From Chloroflexota bacterium (lineage in GTDB: Bacteria > Chloroflexota > UBA11872 > VXOZ01), in contig OZ244922.1 of assembly GCA_965221905.1 (NCBI GenBank), forward strand, positions 1,408,001-1,472,000: 64,000 nucleotides of DNA, given 5' to 3'. Below are positions 60,098 through 64,000 of the stretch, piece by piece. The notes under the pieces are model-generated. The model searched no databases. It was not told where the DNA came from and was given only the letters and a program-made list of their open reading frames with translations. Position 1 is the first letter of the stretch, and the number at the start of each line of letters is the position of its first letter. Both the position numbers and the translations under genes were made by a program.

Positions 60098-62191
60098 ATG
60101 GCAGCGATGAAGGGAGCCAGTATGGCCCGGGAGATGCCGTGGTACGATCAGTTCATTCGCTTTGGACAGGTAGTGCTTCATGAAGCTGATCCCCCATACG
60201 TAGACGTAGACTGGTGGCAAGAGCGTTGGCGTGAGTATGGGCTTGGTGGGGTAGTGCTTAGTGCCGGTGGCGTGCTGGCGTTCTACCCAACGGAAGTGCC
60301 ATTTCACCGACGCAGCCGCTGGCTTGGCGAACGGGACGTATTTGGGGATATGGTTGAGGCAGCAAAGAAGCAAGATCTCGTCGTACTGGCTCGTATTGAT
60401 CCGAGCCTCGCCCACGAGGATCTTTACTACGCTCATGCCGATTGGTTCATGGTGGACCATGCAGGCAAGCCCCGCCGAACAAATGGCCTTTACAACACCT
60501 GCATCAATTCGCCGTACTATCGTGAGTACTTGCCTGCGATCGTCCGTGAGATTGCCGAACGCTATCCTGTAGACGGCTTCCTCGGGCACAACTGGCAAGG
60601 AAATCGTGAGATATGCTACTGCTCGTACTGCGAGAAGCGGTATGCGCGGGAAGCGGAAATGCGGCTGCCGTCCCCGGCTAACGCACCGGGGAACCGTGAA
60701 GAGGAGCGCGCTCATCGGAGCTGGCAACGCTGGCGCAAAGAGGTCGATGAAGAACTGTGGAGCTTCTTGGACCGCGTGACCAAAGAGGCGCGGGACCAGG
60801 CCCTGTGGGTGGGGCATTCGACGCAGGGCCGCGTCGCCTCGCTGGCGGAATTCGTGATCACCCAGCATGAAGGCGGTCACGGTGGGAACCCTCTATGGAC
60901 CGCGGGCCTGGTGAGCCGTAAAGCGCGGGGCGTTGCGGGCAGAGGCAAGGCTGCCTATGTCACGGTAGACATGGGTAGCAGCGCTTCAGACGCGATTTCT
61001 CCGGCAACAATCCCCGTTACCCTAGCGGAAATTCTCGCGCATGGCGCTTGGCCCTGGGCGAGCATGGCCGCCGTGCCGCGCGATAGGCGCGTCCTCAAGG
61101 AAATGGCTTCCGCCTTTGCATGGCTGGATCAGCATCAGCAAATACTCGGAGGTCGCATTCCCGGAGCTACTGTGGGTGTGCTCTACTCCGCAAGCTCCGC
61201 GGACGATGCGATTTGTGGATTCGATAGTCATGTAATGGGCGCGTGCTTGGCCCTGTTGCGTGCGCGCATTCCATTTGACTTGGTGGAGTTGGATCGCATT
61301 CAATCAGGAGCGTTGCAAGACTACCAGTTGATCTTGTTGCCGAACATTAGTGAATTATCGGACAGCCACTCGCAACAGATTCGAAGCTTCGTTAGCAGCG
61401 GCCGCAGCCTTGTGGCAACGTTTGAGTCCTCGCGACGTGACACCTCAGGCGACTACCGCACCGATTTTGGGTTGGCGGATGTGTTTGGTGTTTCCGCCAC
61501 AGGACACGCGCCTCTGCAAGGCTTGGACAATGCGCAGTACCAAATCGGTGGCGACCATCCGATCGTCCAACCGTTTGGCGACACAATCGTGCTGCCGGCG
61601 GCGTCTCGACTCAGCCTAGTCCAACCGTTGGCGAAGACAGAGACGCCCTTGGTGCTGGTGCCGCCGGCGGTTGCAGAGCCGGCGGAATACGCGATCTCCG
61701 GGCTACCGCAAATTTCGCGCCCGGTGATGTTCGCGCGCGAGCAGGAGCAGAGCCGGATCGTCTACTTCCCTGGGGACATCGATCATGCAATTTGGGATCA
61801 GAATAACACCGACCTGGCCGGCTTGCTTGCTAATGCTGTGCGTTGGGCCCATGGCACTGAGTTGCCGGTCACGGTGGAGGGCCCCGGCCTCGTAGACATT
61901 GGCGTGCACGTCTATGGCAACATGTTGCAGGTGCACCTGGTCAATCTCACTAGCCCGGATGCCTGGCGTGGGACAGCCGAAGATATCGTGACTCTGGGCG
62001 CGCAGGAACTCCGAGTCGTGCTTCAACCTGGAAACGCTGTGCAAGATGCACGGCTTCTTGTGAGTGGAGAGAGCGCCGAATACAGCATTAGCGACAATGT
62101 GCTGCGTGTGGCAATCCCGCACGTCGGCACGCATGAGCTTGTAACTGTTCGCTTTGTGGCGGGGGCCGCCGAGTCGGCCGAATCCCAGTAG
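60098..62191 (+). CDS. GHL6-like glycoside hydrolase with beta-galactosidase trimerization (GATase-like) domain
   Basis: SAGG..AFYPT..PFH, D.FG, CINSPYY, DGF, CYCSYC, LILLPN...LSD, LVATFESS. Confidence 0.75.
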   Translation: MAAMKGASMAREMPWYDQFIRFGQVVLHEADPPYVDVDWWQERWREYGLGGVVLSAGGVLAFYPTEVPFHRRSRWLGERDVFGDMVEAAKKQDLVVLARIDPSLAHEDLYYAHADWFMVDHAGKPRRTNGLYNTCINSPYYREYLPAIVREIAERYPVDGFLGHNWQGNREICYCSYCEKRYAREAEMRLPSPANAPGNREEERAHRSWQRWRKEVDEELWSFLDRVTKEARDQALWVGHSTQGRVASLAEFVITQHEGGHGGNPLWTAGLVSRKARGVAGRGKAAYVTVDMGSSASDAISPATIPVTLAEILAHGAWPWASMAAVPRDRRVLKEMASAFAWLDQHQQILGGRIPGATVGVLYSASSADDAICGFDSHVMGACLALLRARIPFDLVELDRIQSGALQDYQLILLPNISELSDSHSQQIRSFVSSGRSLVATFESSRRDTSGDYRTDFGLADVFGVSATGHAPLQGLDNAQYQIGGDHPIVQPFGDTIVLPAASRLSLVQPLAKTETPLVLVPPAVAEPAEYAISGLPQISRPVMFAREQEQSRIVYFPGDIDHAIWDQNNTDLAGLLANAVRWAHGTELPVTVEGPGLVDIGVHVYGNMLQVHLVNLTSPDAWRGTAEDIVTLGAQELRVVLQPGNAVQDARLLVSGESAEYSISDNVLRVAIPHVGTHELVTVRFVAGAAESAESQ

Positions 62192-62331
62192 CCCTCAGGA
62201 CTTCTATCATGTGTGGAGAGACCGGTATACCGCTCAGGTAGGGGAGGGACGCGGACATCGGCTCCTCAGACATCGGACCCCCTGACGAAACTGACGGCAC
62301 TCAACCGAGAGAGCGCCAACGCCCGCCCAAA

Positions 62332-63699
62332 GTGGTATTCGTGTCGCCGCCTCCCAATCCCCAAGGGCACGAGCGAGGACGCCGTTTTGGGACTTCCTTC
62401 ATACTTGCGGGCGGTTTTGCAGCCCTTATCGCATTGGGTACGCTCTTTCTCATGTTGCCCGCTGCGACAAAGCCCGGCAATACAACAACCATCATCGATG
62501 CTCTCTTTACGGCCACGTCAGCCGTGTGCGTTACTGGGCTGGTGGTGGTCGATACAGCGGATCACTGGACGACGTTCGGCCACGTTGTGATTCTTGTCCT
62601 CATACAGCTTGGCGGATTTGGCTTCATGACCAGCTCGATCTTGCTGTTCATGCTGCTCGGACAGCGGATACGACTGCGCCAGCGCGTCCTCATGCGTGAG
62701 GCGCTCAACATATCCGGTATGGGCGGAATTGTCAGTATCACACGCAATATCGCCATCTGGACGATTGTCATTCAGGCTCTCGGCATCTTGGCGCTCTCGC
62801 TCTACTTCGCGCAGAATCACGAGCCCTCGCGGGCGTTCTGGATGGGATTGTTTCACGGCATATCGGCATTTAATAATGCCGGCTTCGACCTGATGGGGGG
62901 GTTTTCAAGCCTTACCAGCTTTCGAAGAGAGGAGCTCTTCCTCCTTGTCGTCGGGGCATTGGTTGTGTTTGGGAGCACCGGTTACATGGTATTCGAGGAT
63001 ATCGCGAAGTCGCGGCGCTGGTTGCGCTTCAGTCTCGAAACCAAACTGATCGTGATCGTGACCAGTGCGCTGTGGCTGATTGGTGGTGTGGCTTTCTTCT
63101 GGCGCGAACGCAGCAACCCACTCACGCTGGCCGGAGAGGTGTGGCACGTACAGTTGGCCGACACGTTTTTCCATAGCATCGCTGCCCGCACGGCCGGATT
63201 TGTAACGCTCCCCGTCGGCAGTATGACCGAGGATACAACTTTCCTTACAATGGTTCTCATGCTCATTGGCGGAGCGCCGGGATCGACGGCGGGTGGGATA
63301 AAGGTAACGACGTTTGCCGTTCTCGCAGTGACAATCTTGGCGGTAATGCGCGGTCGATTGCGCACCACGATTCTGCAACGCAGGATCCCGGATAATGTGG
63401 TTCTGCGTTCACTCGCCATCATCTCCTTGGCTACCTTGCTGCTTATCGCCGTGAGTTGGCTGCTCGCGGACTTCGAACCCTTCAGCTTCATTGCGGTTCT
63501 CTTTGAAGCCGCATCGGCGCTCGGAACAGTAGGGATGTCTTACGGTATTACGCCGCAATTGCATGATGCAAGCCGCCTTGTGTTGGTTGCTGCAATGTTT
63601 GTGGGCCGCCTGGGCCCCCTGACGCTTGTCTTGCTGCTTGCGCAGAAGAGTCAGCGAGATCATTTGGAGTATCCTAGTGAAATGGTGCGCGTGGGATAG
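62332..63699 (+). CDS. Trk/Ktr potassium uptake membrane subunit (KtrB/TrkH)
   Basis: TATSAVCVTGL, SAFNNAGF, RTAGF, GSTAGGIK, SALGTVG; true start may lie upstream. Confidence 0.95.
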   Translation: MVFVSPPPNPQGHERGRRFGTSFILAGGFAALIALGTLFLMLPAATKPGNTTTIIDALFTATSAVCVTGLVVVDTADHWTTFGHVVILVLIQLGGFGFMTSSILLFMLLGQRIRLRQRVLMREALNISGMGGIVSITRNIAIWTIVIQALGILALSLYFAQNHEPSRAFWMGLFHGISAFNNAGFDLMGGFSSLTSFRREELFLLVVGALVVFGSTGYMVFEDIAKSRRWLRFSLETKLIVIVTSALWLIGGVAFFWRERSNPLTLAGEVWHVQLADTFFHSIAARTAGFVTLPVGSMTEDTTFLTMVLMLIGGAPGSTAGGIKVTTFAVLAVTILAVMRGRLRTTILQRRIPDNVVLRSLAIISLATLLLIAVSWLLADFEPFSFIAVLFEAASALGTVGMSYGITPQLHDASRLVLVAAMFVGRLGPLTLVLLLAQKSQRDHLEYPSEMVRVG

Positions 63700-63709
63700 G
63701 AGATAGGCT

Positions 63710-64000
63710 ATGCCGAAACAGCAGATCGCCGTCATTGGTCTGGGTCGCTTTGGCTCTAGCGCCGCAATACAGCTTGCCAGCCTGGGTTATGACGTTCTAG
63801 GTGTAGACAAGAATGTAGACCTCGTAGAGAAGCTGTCGGATGAACTCACTCATGTGGTCCGGGCTGATACGGCGAATGAGGGGGCCTTGGAAGAGTTGGG
63901 TATTCGCAATTTCGACGTGGTGGTGGTAGGAATTAGCTCCGATGTCCAGAGCAGCATCGTCACGACGCTAATTCTCAAGCATCTTAACGTGCCCTACGTG
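63710..64000 (+). CDS. Trk/Ktr RCK regulatory subunit (KtrA/TrkA), partial
   Basis: Manual translation MPKQQIAVIGLGRFG...LGIRNFDVVVVGI; runs off window. Confidence 0.92.
   Translation, partial: MPKQQIAVIGLGRFGSSAAIQLASLGYDVLGVDKNVDLVEKLSDELTHVVRADTANEGALEELGIRNFDVVVVGISSDVQSSIVTTLILKHLNVPYV

Noticed and set aside
62192-62331. c-di-AMP, glycine or M-box riboswitch upstream of ktrB
   Set aside because: Only isolated fragments (GGAGAGACC, CTCAGGT) match; better explained as an N-terminal coding extension.
278-63735. Numerous long antisense or alternate-frame ORFs (e.g. 18358-19227, 26042-26908, 55045-55830, 60044-60880)
   Set aside because: Shadow ORFs opposite well-supported genes in GC-rich DNA, with no motifs.

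Overview
GC-rich bacterial chromosomal window; gene content and style suggest Chloroflexota (inference, no marker gene present). Left end: minus-strand trpE-G-D-C-F operon followed by a DUF2281-type antitoxin and the 5' end of trpS. It is preceded by a consensus sigma-70 promoter, a Trp-specific T-box riboswitch and an unannotated 48-codon leader ORF containing W-R-W-S-W. Next is a heterotrophic catabolic region: Eda/KdgK, a DgaE/SelA-like PLP enzyme, a creatininase, Gfo/Idh/MocA oxidoreductases, a tandem alpha/beta hydrolase, two sulfatases (one with an in-frame TAG), a Tat-lipoprotein SBP and a three-subunit xanthine-dehydrogenase-family enzyme. It continues with glutamine synthetase II, a PD-(D/E)XK nuclease and an FGE-fold protein. 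At 37.3-48.8 kb is a 7-gene, ATPase-less cell-surface/transport operon: a 1033-aa multidomain SBP, 4 carbohydrate permeases, an NHL-TPR-Yip1 fusion, and a DUF5696-like protein with an internal transmembrane hairpin. The right part has a DD-carboxypeptidase, DUF2089/DUF4097, moaA, selA, apgM, a peroxiredoxin, a DUF3604-like protein, a GHL6-like hydrolase and ktrB/ktrA. Several REP-like palindromes, a 14-bp tandem array and a nested direct/inverted repeat element occur in intergenic spaces. No rRNA, tRNA, CRISPR array or transposase was recognised. All family assignments come from motif recognition by eye, not database searches.
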